NCBI GenBank assembly: GCA_036918135.1
Contig: JBALDB010000056.1
Coordinates: forward strand, 1-64,000
Direction: 5' to 3'
DNA: 64,000 nt
Source: Nostoc sp.
GTDB taxonomy: Bacteria; Cyanobacteriota; Cyanobacteriia; Cyanobacteriales; Nostocaceae
Below, piece by piece: positions 28,561 through 39,700 of the stretch. Numbering within the stretch: the stretch's first letter is position 1; every line of letters starts with the position of its first letter. The notes beneath the pieces are model-generated. The model saw only the letters and a program-made list of their open reading frames with translations, was not told where the DNA came from and did no database searches. A program made the position numbers and the translations under genes.

Positions 28561-28597
28561 AAATCCCTGGCTTCTTTAAGAATTCGGGGATTTTTTG
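28561..28597 (+). terminator. Hairpin plus T-tract (REP-like repeat acting as terminator)
   Basis: AAATCCCTGGCTTCTTTAAGAATTCGGGGATTTTTT; related hairpin near 55776-55808. Confidence 0.55.
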
Positions 28598-28653
28598 ATG
28601 CCAATGGTGTTGAGCTACTTATTAGCATTGCTAACTTTTCACCGCATCTGGAA

Positions 28654-28789
28654 CTGACTTTTCACGTTATCTGGAAAAAGTGACAGGGTGCTGGTGTGGG
28701 GTTGCAGGTATTGGTAAGACTTTCATGATTTCCCCTACCCCCTACACCCAGCATCGACGAGGGTCTTAAGACTTCCTGTGAAAAGTCAG
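28654..28789. mobile_element. 136-bp MITE with 12-bp perfect terminal inverted repeats
   Basis: CTGACTTTTCAC (28654-28665) and GTGAAAAGTCAG (28778-28789). Confidence 0.75.
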
Positions 28790-29247
28790 GTAGTTGTGGG
28801 AGATAGTGCGGGTTAGTAACCTAGCGATAGCAGTAACCCTATTAGCGAAGGAACGGCAAACTCCAGCGATTGCCTTTCAACTATTGTTCTATCCAATCAC
28901 AGATGCAATTTTTGATACTAATTAATATAAGCAATTTGCAGAAGGTATTTGGCTGATGCCAGAAGCCACCAAGTGGTTCCAGAACCAATATGCACCGGAT
29001 GAATCTGTGAGAACAGAACCCACTGCTTCTCTACTGCAAGCATCAATCGAGTGACTGCAAAGTTTGCCGCCTGTACTAATTATCACTAACTAGTTTAACG
29101 TACTGCAAGATGAAGGTGAGGCATGATGCGCGCAAGCTACTGAAGGCAGGCGTTACAGTCACGGCAGTGCGCTATTTGGGCACGATTTATAATTTTGTGA
29201 TGTTGAATGCGATCGCCGCTACACCTGCAACACGAGGTGCGATCGCC
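28790..29247 (+). pseudogene. HSL-family alpha/beta hydrolase (esterase) pseudogene
   Basis: VVVGDSAG, FQLLFYPITD, LPPVLII, LQDEGEA, ARKLLKAGV; several frameshifts and stops; 5' part missing at the MITE. Confidence 0.88.
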
Positions 29248-29571
29248 CCATAACACCCGTCCGAATAATGTTAAGAAATATTTCGTTAATAGTATTTCTG
29301 ACTAATGACGCAGATCGCAAAGGAGAAAACGAGTTACATTTATTTACAATGTCTTCAGTAGAAATTAATATATCTAACTCTGTTTCATCACTCTAGAAAA
29401 CGAAAAATCAGATACCATTTTTAATCTAAAACAAAAAATGGCTTTGAGTTTTTATTTTCTAATCCAATGCCCAAAATTCTGACTTTTTGACGAAAGCCAC
29501 TTGTCAGAAGGATTTAAAATTATTTCGTACAAGTGATGATAGAGTGCTAAACACATTCAAAAGGAAATTGC

Positions 29572-32500
29572 ATGTGGATCGTCAAAATTGCTTTACGCCT
29601 TCCGTATACATTCGCGATCGCTGCTTTGATGATTGTGATCCTGGGTGTAGTCACGATATTTGGTACACCAGTTGACATTTTTCCATCAATCAATATTCCA
29701 GTTGTCAGTGTAGTTTGGACATACACTGGTACTACTTCTGAGGAAATGGCACAGCGAATCGTCACAATTAGCGAACGCGCCATGACCACAACCGTTGGTG
29801 ACATCGAACATATCGAGTCTCAATCTTTGAGTGGTGTTAGTGTCGTGAAGGTTTTCTTCCAACCCAACGCTAATATAGCCTCAGCAGTCGCTCAAATCAC
29901 CTCTGTCAGCCAAACAATTCTCCGCCCTTTGCCACCCGGTATCACACCGCCATTCATCATTCAATACAACGCTTCTAGCGTGCCGATTATCCAGATGAGT
30001 GTCAGTAGCAAAACCTTACCGGAACAAGCGCTCAACGACTATGCTACCAACTTCGTCCGCACGCAGTTAGCAACAGTACAAGGAGCGAGCGTACCTTTGC
30101 CTTATGGTGGGAAACCCCGGCAAATTATGGTTGATATCGATCCCCAAGCGATGTTGGCTAAAGGCGTTTCTGCCCAAGACGTAACTAACGCTGTCAGTGC
30201 CCAAAACTTGGTCTTACCTGCCGGCGGTATGAAGATAGGCACTCGCGACTTCGCCGTCCAAATTAACAATAGTCCGGATGTGGTGGCAGCCCTCAACGAC
30301 TTGCCGATTAAGCAAGTTAACGGTAACGTGACTTACATTCGTGATGTCGCCCAAGTGCGAGATGGCTTTGCTGTCCAAACGAACGTTGTCCGTCAAAATG
30401 GCAGGCGATCGAGCTTACTTAGTATCCTTAAGAGTGGCAGTGCCTCGACTATTGATGTCATCGATCGCGTTAAAAAAGCCTTGCCTCGCATCCAATCTAC
30501 CTTGCCCCCAGGACTAAATTTATCGTTTTTATTCGATCAATCTGTATTTGTGAAAGCTTCTATTCAAGGCGTTCTCAAAGAAGGATTGATTGCAGCCTGT
30601 CTCACCGCGCTGATGATTCTGATTTTCCTGGGAAGTTGGCGCAGCACTGTAATTGTAGCTGTATCGATTCCCCTCTCGATGCTGGTTTCGATTATTGTGA
30701 TGAGTCGTTTGGGACAAACTTTCAACATCATGACCTTGGGTGGTTTGTCCTTGGCTGTTGGTATTCTCGTAGATGATGCTACGGTAGAAATTGAAAATAT
30801 CCACCGAAATCTCGCACAAGGCAAACCAATCAAGCGAGCAATCTTAGATGGAGCGCAGCAAATTGCAACTCCAGCACTTGTGGCAACATTATGTATTTGT
30901 ATTGTCTTTGTGCCGGTCGTGTTTCTCAGTGGAGTGGCAAAGTATCTGTTTGTGCCGCTAGCAATGGCGGTAGTATTTGCCATGCTTGCCTCCTATCTGC
31001 TGTCTCGGACTGTAGTCCCGACGATGGCAAATTATCTCCTACCACATGAAGCGGACTTGCATAGAGAAAGCGAGGGGCATAATGGTCATGGCGATCGCCA
31101 TCATCTAGATTCGCCAGTCCAAAACAATAACGGTCACGACAACCACCATACTCATACGCCAGTCGAAATTCACGATCGCCGCGATCGCCATAGTCATTCG
31201 TCAGTCGAAAACAGTAATGGTTATGGCGATCGCCACCACACTTCAGAGAATACACAAAATACGCAACCTGTCAAGAAAGATTGGATATGGCGATTACACG
31301 AAAAGTTTAACCGACAATTTGAGAAATTTCGTAACTGGTACTACGATGTCCTAACCTCTGCATTGAATCACCGCCGCATAGTCTTTGTACTGTTTGGCGC
31401 TTTTATAGTCAGTGCAGGAGTTTTATTCCCGTTCGTCGGTCAAGACTTTTTCCCTGAAGTCGATGGCGGTCAATTTAGCCTCCACGTTCGAGCTTTACCT
31501 GGTACTCGTTTGGAAGAGACAGAAAGAATTGTTAGCCAAGTTGAAGGTGTTATTCGCCAGACTGTACCTCAAGAAAATCTCTCGATGATTTTGGATAACA
31601 TCGGCTTACCCAACAGTGGTATTAACCTTACTTATGGTTACAACGGTGCGACAATTGGGCCGGCTGATGCTGATATTCTGGTGTCGCTAAAAAAATCTGG
31701 TTCAACTTTTTCTTACATTGAGCAACTCCGCCAGAAATTAAAAACGACATTTCCTAGTTACACCTTCTTTTTTGAGCCAGCTGATATTGTTACTCAAATT
31801 CTGAATTTCGGTTTGCCTGCTGCCGTTGACGTGCAAATATCTGGGCCTGGGCAAAACTCAAAGGATAACTTTAAAATTGCCAAACAAATCGAAGCACGGA
31901 TGGTGCGCGTTCCTGGCGCTGTAGACGTACACATGCAGCAAGTTGTCGATGCTCCAAAGTTACGCCTTGATGTAGACCGCACAGAGGCTCAACAATTGGG
32001 TATGACCCAGCGTGATGTTGCTAATAGCGTCCTCACTTCCTTAAGTTCGAGCGGTCAAGCCGCAATCAACCAATGGCTCGATCCCAAAAAAGGCGTGAGT
32101 TACACTCTTGCCGTACAAGTTCCACAGTACAAACTTGACTCTATTGACAGCCTCAAAAATATGCCTGTTGGTAACGGTCAAACCGCACCCCAGCTTTTGG
32201 GTAATTTGGCTACTGTCAGACGCGACACGGGGATGCAAGTTGTCAATCACTACAACATTCAGCCAGTTTTTGATATCTACGCTAACTCTTCTGGTCGTGA
32301 CCTTGGCGGAGTTGCCCAGGATGTGAACCGAATCATCGCTGATTATCAGAAAAAATTGCCTCACGGTAGTCTGATTACTGTACGCGGGCAAGTACAAACG
32401 ATGAACTCTTCGTTTCTGGGACTTGGTTTGGGACTTGTGTTTGCAATTGTGCTAGTTTACTGCTTAATGGTGGTCAACTTCCAATCTTGGCTCGATCCCC

Positions 32501-32988
32501 TGATTATTATGATGGCCTTGCCGAGTGCTTTAGCTGGGATTGTTTGGATACTGTTTGTCACCCGCACCACTCTCAGCGTTCCTTCCTTAATGGGTGCAAT
32601 TATGAGTATAGGTGTGGCAACATCAAACAGTATTTTACTGGTTACTTTTGCTAATGACCAGCGTCAAGAAGGGCAAAATGCTTATCAAGCAGCGCAAGCA
32701 GCAGGTCATACACGGTTGCGTCCTGTATTGATGACTGCCTTAGCTATGCTCATTGGTATGGTGCCGATGTCTCTCGGTCTTGGTGAAGGTGGCGAACAGA
32801 ATGCACCCTTGGGTCGTGCTGTCATTGGCGGCTTGTCAGCTGCAACAATTGCTACTCTCATCTTCGTACCTGTCGTATATAGCATGTTACGGCGCAAACA
32901 ACCTCGTCTGATTGATGAAGATGACGATTTAAATTTCTCAGATCCGCAGACTGCATACTCTTTGTCATCATCTCAAGGCAAGTCATAA
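29572..32988 (+). CDS. RND efflux permease (AcrB/CusA superfamily) with His-rich loop
   Basis: GILVDDATVEIENI, RLRPVLMT and PLGRAVIGG motifs; two large periplasmic loops. Confidence 0.95.
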   Translation: MWIVKIALRLPYTFAIAALMIVILGVVTIFGTPVDIFPSINIPVVSVVWTYTGTTSEEMAQRIVTISERAMTTTVGDIEHIESQSLSGVSVVKVFFQPNANIASAVAQITSVSQTILRPLPPGITPPFIIQYNASSVPIIQMSVSSKTLPEQALNDYATNFVRTQLATVQGASVPLPYGGKPRQIMVDIDPQAMLAKGVSAQDVTNAVSAQNLVLPAGGMKIGTRDFAVQINNSPDVVAALNDLPIKQVNGNVTYIRDVAQVRDGFAVQTNVVRQNGRRSSLLSILKSGSASTIDVIDRVKKALPRIQSTLPPGLNLSFLFDQSVFVKASIQGVLKEGLIAACLTALMILIFLGSWRSTVIVAVSIPLSMLVSIIVMSRLGQTFNIMTLGGLSLAVGILVDDATVEIENIHRNLAQGKPIKRAILDGAQQIATPALVATLCICIVFVPVVFLSGVAKYLFVPLAMAVVFAMLASYLLSRTVVPTMANYLLPHEADLHRESEGHNGHGDRHHLDSPVQNNNGHDNHHTHTPVEIHDRRDRHSHSSVENSNGYGDRHHTSENTQNTQPVKKDWIWRLHEKFNRQFEKFRNWYYDVLTSALNHRRIVFVLFGAFIVSAGVLFPFVGQDFFPEVDGGQFSLHVRALPGTRLEETERIVSQVEGVIRQTVPQENLSMILDNIGLPNSGINLTYGYNGATIGPADADILVSLKKSGSTFSYIEQLRQKLKTTFPSYTFFFEPADIVTQILNFGLPAAVDVQISGPGQNSKDNFKIAKQIEARMVRVPGAVDVHMQQVVDAPKLRLDVDRTEAQQLGMTQRDVANSVLTSLSSSGQAAINQWLDPKKGVSYTLAVQVPQYKLDSIDSLKNMPVGNGQTAPQLLGNLATVRRDTGMQVVNHYNIQPVFDIYANSSGRDLGGVAQDVNRIIADYQKKLPHGSLITVRGQVQTMNSSFLGLGLGLVFAIVLVYCLMVVNFQSWLDPLIIMMALPSALAGIVWILFVTRTTLSVPSLMGAIMSIGVATSNSILLVTFANDQRQEGQNAYQAAQAAGHTRLRPVLMTALAMLIGMVPMSLGLGEGGEQNAPLGRAVIGGLSAATIATLIFVPVVYSMLRRKQPRLIDEDDDLNFSDPQTAYSLSSSQGKS

Positions 32989-32992
32989 GCTT

Positions 32993-33082
32993 TGGTAATA
33001 GGTAATAGGTAATGGGGAAAAATACCGTTTACCAATTACCAATTACTAATTACCAATTACCAATTACCAATCACCAATTACC
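32993..33082. repeat. STRR heptamer tract (TTACCAA)n with inverted (GGTAATA/G) arm
   Basis: About 8 heptamers before the adaptor ATG at 33084. Confidence 0.85.
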
Positions 33083-33083
33083 T

Positions 33084-34442
33084 ATGAATTCTCAGCATCC
33101 TTCATCTCCTGATTCTGAACAACAAACAACTTCTAGAAAAAGGCGTGGCATTGGTCGAATTGGTTGGGCTATACTTGGCGCTGTTTTTTTTGGTAGCCTA
33201 CTAGCTATAGGTATTCTGCCCAGGTTAAACCAAAGGTCAGAATTACAAGCAGCCGTTAAGGAAGCAAGCACCGTACCCTCAGTCGATGTGATTACTCCCC
33301 GTCGCGGTGCTGCTACTACCAATTTAGAGCTACCTGGTAGTGTTGTACCCCTGAACCAAACGACTATCTATGCTCGCAGTACTGGGTATTTGCGGCGGTG
33401 GTACGCAGACATTGGCGATCGCGTCCGGGCTGGTCAGCTGTTAGCAGAGATTGATTCACCAGATATAGATCAGCAAGTTTTGCAAGCAAAGGCAGAAGCA
33501 GCACAAGCACAAGCCAACGTGCTTCAAAGCCGTGCTAGTTTAGCTAAAAGTGTTTCTGATTTAAAGCAAGCCCGCGCTAATTTATTGATAGCACGTCAGA
33601 GCTGGCAGCGCTGGCAAGTTCTTGTCAAACAAGGTGCAGTGCCTCAACAAGATGCAGATACAAGATATGCCACATATCAAGCTAACCTTGCCAACGTTGA
33701 GGCAGCACAAAATACGGTCAATTCTGACTCTGCCAATGTCAAAGCAGCACAAGCTAACGCCTACGCAATTCAAGCAAACTTCCAGCGTAATATCGTATTG
33801 CAGTCTTATAAAAAGGTCACTGCTCCCTTCAGTGGAATAATTACAGCACGTAACGTAAATACAGGTGTTTTAATTTCAGCAGGTAGTGGCAATAGCAGTA
33901 ATACCAATAGCAGTACTACCAGTAGCAACACTGGTAATAGCAGCCTTTATACCATTGCTGCTTACGATACCTTAGACGTGAATGTGAATGTTCCCCAAAG
34001 TTCATCAGGTATACTCCAGACTGGTCAAACAGCACAAATTACTGTTAGAGAGTTACCACAACGAGTGTTTACGGGGAAAGTAGTGCGTACTAGCAATGCT
34101 ATAGATCCCAATACTCGCACTTTGCTCACACAATTAGAAATACAGAATCCTGATGGTGCGTTGCGACCTGGAATGTATGCTAGTGTTAAATTTGCCATTA
34201 ACCGTACTAATGCTCCCTTTGTGATCCCAGATAGTACCTTAGTGGTTAACGCCAACGGTACGCAGGTAGCAACTGTAACTAAAGACCAAACCGTGCATTA
34301 TCAAAAAGTTGCCGTTGGGCGAGATTACGGTACTGAAGTAGAAATTACATCAGGTCTGACCGGAAATGAATCATTGATTGCTACTCCTACGGTCGATCAA
34401 ACAGAGGGTTTGCGCGTGCAGCCAGTTGCACAAACAAAGTAG
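33084..34442 (+). CDS. RND periplasmic adaptor (membrane fusion protein)
   Basis: N-terminal TM, lipoyl halves (IYARSTGYL; VTAPFSGII), coiled coil, LRPGMY. The upstream extension in the ORF track is translated STRR. Confidence 0.93.
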   Translation: MNSQHPSSPDSEQQTTSRKRRGIGRIGWAILGAVFFGSLLAIGILPRLNQRSELQAAVKEASTVPSVDVITPRRGAATTNLELPGSVVPLNQTTIYARSTGYLRRWYADIGDRVRAGQLLAEIDSPDIDQQVLQAKAEAAQAQANVLQSRASLAKSVSDLKQARANLLIARQSWQRWQVLVKQGAVPQQDADTRYATYQANLANVEAAQNTVNSDSANVKAAQANAYAIQANFQRNIVLQSYKKVTAPFSGIITARNVNTGVLISAGSGNSSNTNSSTTSSNTGNSSLYTIAAYDTLDVNVNVPQSSSGILQTGQTAQITVRELPQRVFTGKVVRTSNAIDPNTRTLLTQLEIQNPDGALRPGMYASVKFAINRTNAPFVIPDSTLVVNANGTQVATVTKDQTVHYQKVAVGRDYGTEVEITSGLTGNESLIATPTVDQTEGLRVQPVAQTK

Positions 34443-34465
34443 ACTCAATGTTGTCAATTTACTAC

Positions 34466-34521
34466 TTGACATACTCCCTTGAATACGCTACTCTAACGCT
34501 AAATTCGGGGGAGTATGTCAA
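34466..34521. repeat. 56-bp palindromic element
   Basis: TTGACATACTCCC...GGGAGTATGTCAA, 13-bp perfect inverted repeat. Confidence 0.7.
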
Positions 34522-34525
34522 AACA

Positions 34526-34617
34526 TATAGCCGTAGTCATACTCTTTAGGACATTTTGAAAGGTGAATGCTGGAGTTAGCAATAGTTTTACCTCCTGCCT
34601 CCTGCCTCCTGCTATAC
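34526..34617. mobile_element. MITE-like element related to 8315-8417
   Basis: TATAGC...GCTATA ends; shares TTAGGACAT-TTGAAAG...GTTTTACCTCCTGCCTCC...CTGCTATAC. Confidence 0.6.
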
Positions 34618-34796
34618 TATTCACTTATCTTTCTTTAAACAGACAAGTCACATTAAATCCTCTTTCCTTCTGACTTTAAAAAGGGTGTAGGGTGTGGGGT
34701 ATCGGGTATAGGGGAAGAAACTTTTTTCATATATGGCGGTGAAACTTGTTTCCTCAAGACTGCCTTCTGCCTCCTGCCTTGTTTCTTGAAAAAGGG

Positions 34797-36590
34797 TTAA
34801 TTTAGACCCAATTCTTGTCTAATCATTTGTTGCTGATCCGGAGGAAGTTCAGCAAAATCTGTTGAAGATATAATAGCTGACTTCTGCTCATTAATAGAAT
34901 TGCGATTCAGCACCGCAAGCATAGCGACACGAGGACGACCACCGTAAGAGCCATCATATACATCTGATCGTATTTTTAACTGTTTCTGAGCAGCAAGCTG
35001 ACGTAATTGTTTGAGCATATCAGACATTTGTAAGCCATTGAGCTTTTTGTAAAACTCTGGAGCTTCTTCTTTGGCTACAACTTCATCGGCATAGGGTTTG
35101 TAGATGCCACCACAAATGGGATAAAGCCAATATAACTGATCGATTTGCTTTAACTTCTTATAAATTGCACCCACCATTGTTTTCAAGTCAGGATTATTGT
35201 TTTCTTGCCAGAAAGACCAAGGAAAAGTTGCGGATATTGCGTGGCGCGAGTGAACAGCTAAAGTCGCACTATCTAAGGGGTATTCTAAAATTTCTGGAGG
35301 AATGCCACTCATTGCATTTTCTAAAAATGTTGTCCACTGGGCATTGAGCATTGTCTGACGCTGTTTAACGCTTTCATCTTCGCTAGGTTCTTGTCCTGAT
35401 TGATTCGTTTGACGACCTTGACTAACATTAATAATTAATGAAAGAAGTGGATGATTTGTTTGGATATAATTTGATGCATCTGTTCCATCCAAAATCCACC
35501 CTTTTTCTGTGTCAACAACTAAAAAACTTTTTGTCTTTTTATCGGCTATCAATCCAGCTTGAAAGGCTACGCTGTTTACTTCTGGTAAAGTTTCAAAACT
35601 TTGAGCTACTATCTGTTCTGCTTGCCTACCTGATGATGAAAAACCAACCCCAATGGTGAGAGTATTATCAAAGGTTGTGATTGTACCAAGTCGTCCTTCT
35701 AAGGGGATCGTTTTTTTGAATATTTGCCACTTTTTTTGGTCTTCAGGATTTGAAGGGTCAAACTTTTGGGTTGGTTGTGCGCCTTGACTCCATTGATTAT
35801 ATCGGGCTGCAATTGGATCGTCCTTAGCGAGTGCTGGGTCGTGAAAATTTCCAACAGGTTTTCCATAAGGACTTCGCCCAATCTCTCGTGCTGGAATCGT
35901 ATTGCGGGCAGCAACAATGTCAGCAATTATTTTGTTTTTCCTCGAATCATCAATTTCTTCACTATTTCGAGATGTAAGGTCTACATCTTCTTCAGAAGCA
36001 TAAGTCAATGTTGGATTAGCATTAGGTGTGTTCTCTACGCTTGTTAGCTTTAATTTATCTTTCTTTGCCCCCTTTTTTGCTCCTTTTTTTAAGTGTGCGT
36101 GTGGCAAATCTAACCATGTAACAGATTGCTTTGTTTGAGTGTCAGTACTTTTATCTTCAGAGTCTCCTGGGGCTCGGGATATTCGTAAATTTTGCTCTTT
36201 TGTCTGCGAAAGCTGTGACAATCTGCCTACAGGCTGTGCGCTAGGAGGGTTCCACATCACCTGATTTGCCATCCAATCGGCTTGTTGCTCGTACTGGTCG
36301 TTTGGCTCTCCCATTGCCAGCTTTGCTTGGGGATCGCGTAATGATATGCGACTAATATCATGACCAAAAGACCGTTGTTGAATGGCTTTTGCTAACAAGG
36401 ATTGCTCATCAGCAGTCTGTGCTTCTTGAAGATTGGTTGATTCTGAAGTTTCTGTTTCGATGTCATTATTTGTTGGTAAACCAAAGCCGCGTATTGGGTT
36501 CGCCAGCGTTGGAGTAGTTGGTGAGACAAGTGATGGATTTGAAAAAGTTGATTTACCTGCTTTTTTGTGCCCAAACGTGCGATCGTTCAT
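34797..36590 (-). CDS. Putative contractile-injection-system cargo/effector with DUF4157-protein-type leader and unknown C-terminus
   Basis: FGHDISRISL and QAKLAMGEPNDQYEQQADWMANQVM leader motifs; no recognisable DUF4157 core (no HELxH). Confidence 0.65.
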   Translation of the reverse strand: MNDRTFGHKKAGKSTFSNPSLVSPTTPTLANPIRGFGLPTNNDIETETSESTNLQEAQTADEQSLLAKAIQQRSFGHDISRISLRDPQAKLAMGEPNDQYEQQADWMANQVMWNPPSAQPVGRLSQLSQTKEQNLRISRAPGDSEDKSTDTQTKQSVTWLDLPHAHLKKGAKKGAKKDKLKLTSVENTPNANPTLTYASEEDVDLTSRNSEEIDDSRKNKIIADIVAARNTIPAREIGRSPYGKPVGNFHDPALAKDDPIAARYNQWSQGAQPTQKFDPSNPEDQKKWQIFKKTIPLEGRLGTITTFDNTLTIGVGFSSSGRQAEQIVAQSFETLPEVNSVAFQAGLIADKKTKSFLVVDTEKGWILDGTDASNYIQTNHPLLSLIINVSQGRQTNQSGQEPSEDESVKQRQTMLNAQWTTFLENAMSGIPPEILEYPLDSATLAVHSRHAISATFPWSFWQENNNPDLKTMVGAIYKKLKQIDQLYWLYPICGGIYKPYADEVVAKEEAPEFYKKLNGLQMSDMLKQLRQLAAQKQLKIRSDVYDGSYGGRPRVAMLAVLNRNSINEQKSAIISSTDFAELPPDQQQMIRQELGLN

Positions 36591-36763
36591 CTCACCCTTT
36601 CTCCATTGGTGGGTAAAGCCCTAATTTCTACTTCAGACATTTTTTATTAAAAATTTTACAATTTGTAGAAATCCGATTGCTATCGACTTTAGTCTAGTTA
36701 AGAGATTCCAGCATAGCTGCCTCCTGCTATAAGTTCAAAAATCAAAGCCGATTATTATAGTTA

Positions 36764-39700
36764 TCAGTCCTCAGTTAGCTCAATAATTTCATCGAAGCAG
36801 AAGTTACGGACTAAATTTGCTAATTCTTCGGCTAATTGAGACTGAGTTGGCTCAATTTGTGCAATTAGTTGGGAAATTCGCTCACCATCTACTTCAACGG
36901 CTGCTTGATTCAGTTCAGCTATCCATTCGCCAGGCATAACCTCAATTGCAGAGTGAACATCGAAGATAGCAAATGGAAGGTTATCTGGCTTTTTGTCTGT
37001 GGTATTTTCACTGCTTTGCTGGGCGTAGATATAATCTACCTGCAAATATTCAGCTATCTTTTCAAAAATCACCTGTTCGCGGAATGGTTTACGAACCAAG
37101 TCGTCACAACCTGCGGCTAAGATACTTGCTTGTTGTTCTTCAAAAGCACTAGCAGTTAAGGCAATAATTACACTGCGGTGATTTACATCTGTATTTCTTT
37201 CCCTGGCTCTAATTTCTTTAGTTGCATCATAGCCATTCATTACAGGCATTCGCATATCCATCCAAATTAGGTGGGGTTGCCAATTTTGCCAAATTGCGAT
37301 CGCTTCTTGCCCATTATTTGCAGCTTGGATTTCAAAACCTATGCTGCCAAGAAGTTGCACAATTAAATCGCGGTTTTCTTTGCGGTCATCCACTACCAGA
37401 ATCCGATATGCAGGTTGGTTTGCTGCCAACTGAATCACGCGTCCTCTGCTCAACTTGGGTGTAGCTTTTAAGGCTGCAACTAAATTTACTTGCATGTCAA
37501 AGCTAAAAATAGATCCTTGCCCAACGGTACTGCTAATGTGAATATCGCCCCCCAACAAACGCACAAACTGTCGGCTAATAGTTAGTCCTAATCCAGTTCC
37601 CTCTTTGGTCTGGATACCGCTTGTTGTCTGCACAAAAGGCTGAAATAAGTTATCCATTTCTTCTTGTGCTATTCCCCGTCCAGTATCTTCGATTTCAAAG
37701 ATTAGGGATTGGGGACTGGGTATTGGGAGATGGTGATTGGGGACTGGAGATTCGAGATTAGTTGTTCCTGTGGTTGTTTTATCATTTTGTCCATTTATCT
37801 CCTTATCCCCAGTCCCCAGTTCCCAGTCTCCAGTCGCCATTCTCACTCGCAACGTTACTCCCCCAGTTTGAGTAAACTTGACGGCATTACCTAAAAGGTT
37901 AATTAGGACTTGGCGGAGTTTACCTTCATCTGTTTGGACATAACGCGGCAGATCGGGGGACATTTCAAATTTGAGGAATAATTGCTTTGCTTGTGTCCGC
38001 ACCTGAAACATTTCTTGTATTGTTTGCAACAACAAATAAAGGTCAAAGTCCTCAGGATTGAAAATGATTTGTCCTGCCTCAATTTTAGACATTTCCAGGA
38101 CATCATTAATCAGGTTGAGTAAGTGTTCTCCACTACGGTTAATGGTAGCTAAAGATTCACGCTGATTGGAGTTGAGGCTGGTGTCTCGTTCCATTAATTG
38201 GGAAAAACCAAGAATCGCATTTAAAGGAGTACGGAGTTCGTGACTCATGTTAGCCAAAAAAGCACTTTTAGCTCGGCTAGCAGTTTCGGCTGCTTCTTTG
38301 GCAATTCTCAAGGCTTCTTCTGCTTGATGTCTGGCTTGACCGATCGCTATTATTTCACCTACTAATTTCAATAGATTAATATCTTCTTGGTTCCAGGTTT
38401 TTGAGCGGTGAATCATTGCTGTACCCACAAATCCCACTACTGTGCCAGCATGAAGCATGGGCACAGCTAATATAGACTGAAACGACATACTCTCAAACAT
38501 TTGGCGTTCGGGTAGGTCTGGCGGTAAATCTTGCACGCAAGAAATTTGGCGATGTCCACCAACAAGAATCGGCTCGTAGAAATAGGGGAAAACTTCCACA
38601 GGCGAACCTCTGGCAATATCAATCAATGGTGTAACACCTCCAGCACACCATTCATGAATCAGGTAAAATTCGCTACGGTCGTTGGAGCATTTAAAGATAC
38701 AACTGTGTTCAGCATCAATAAATTGAGCGATCGCTTTCAGTGTAAAATTAATTGCTGTTGCTAAATCTTGGTCGATAAATTGCCGAGAAATGCTGCTGAG
38801 TAAAGTTTCTGCTTGAGTTCGACGTTGCAAGGCTGCTTCTGCTAGTTTGCGATCGCTAATATCACGAGCTACCCCGACAATCTGGAAGTTACCCTGGGCA
38901 TCTTGGGTGCGGACTGCATTAGAAGTTAGCCAAACCCAACCTTTTGTACGATGTTTGGCACGGTACTCAGTACCGGAAATTCCCTCACCTGTTGTGAGGA
39001 TAGTTTGGGCAACTTCTAAACATTTCGGCACATCATCGGCATGAGTAAAGGATGCTAAGGAATTACCCTCCATTTCACTAGGGGCAAATCCAGTAGTCTT
39101 CAAGATATTTGGAGAAATATAGTTGAAAACCCCATCAGGATTGAGTACAAATAATACGTCGTTGACTTTTTCAACGATAGTGCGAAACTTTAACTCGCTT
39201 TCTTGTAGTGCGGCTTCTGCTTGTAGACGTTCCAATTCAGCACCAGCACGGGCGGCAAAAATTCTCACAATCAGTTCCCGTCCGGGATCGGGCTTCATTG
39301 GTTTAACATCTATTACTGCTAGATGTCCGATGATGTCACCAGATGAACTAGTTAGAGGTACGCCGAAAAAACTCTCGGCATTCATATTCACTAAATCTGC
39401 ATCTTCTGGAAAAGTGGCTTGCACCGCTTGGGAGTAGTGGCACATGTTGCCTTGCAAAGCATGTTCGCAAGGAGTACCGCGCAAATCATATTCCAAGTTG
39501 TTGCAAATACCTCCAGAATACCAAAATGCCAAAGTGCGGACGCTAGTTTTTGACTCACCATTAAATTCAGTAACTAGAGCGTATTCAACTTGCAATACTT
39601 CGGCAAGGTAACGAACGCAGGAATTGAAAAATTCATTGCCTGTTTTAGCAGCTGTGCCCTCAAGAATTAAGTTTAAAGCCTGTTCTTGGCGTTTGCGATC

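Noticed and set aside
33012..33083. N-terminal extension YQLPITNYQLPITNHQLP of the RND adaptor
   Set aside because: Translation of an STRR heptamer tract; the ATG at 33084 is the more likely start.
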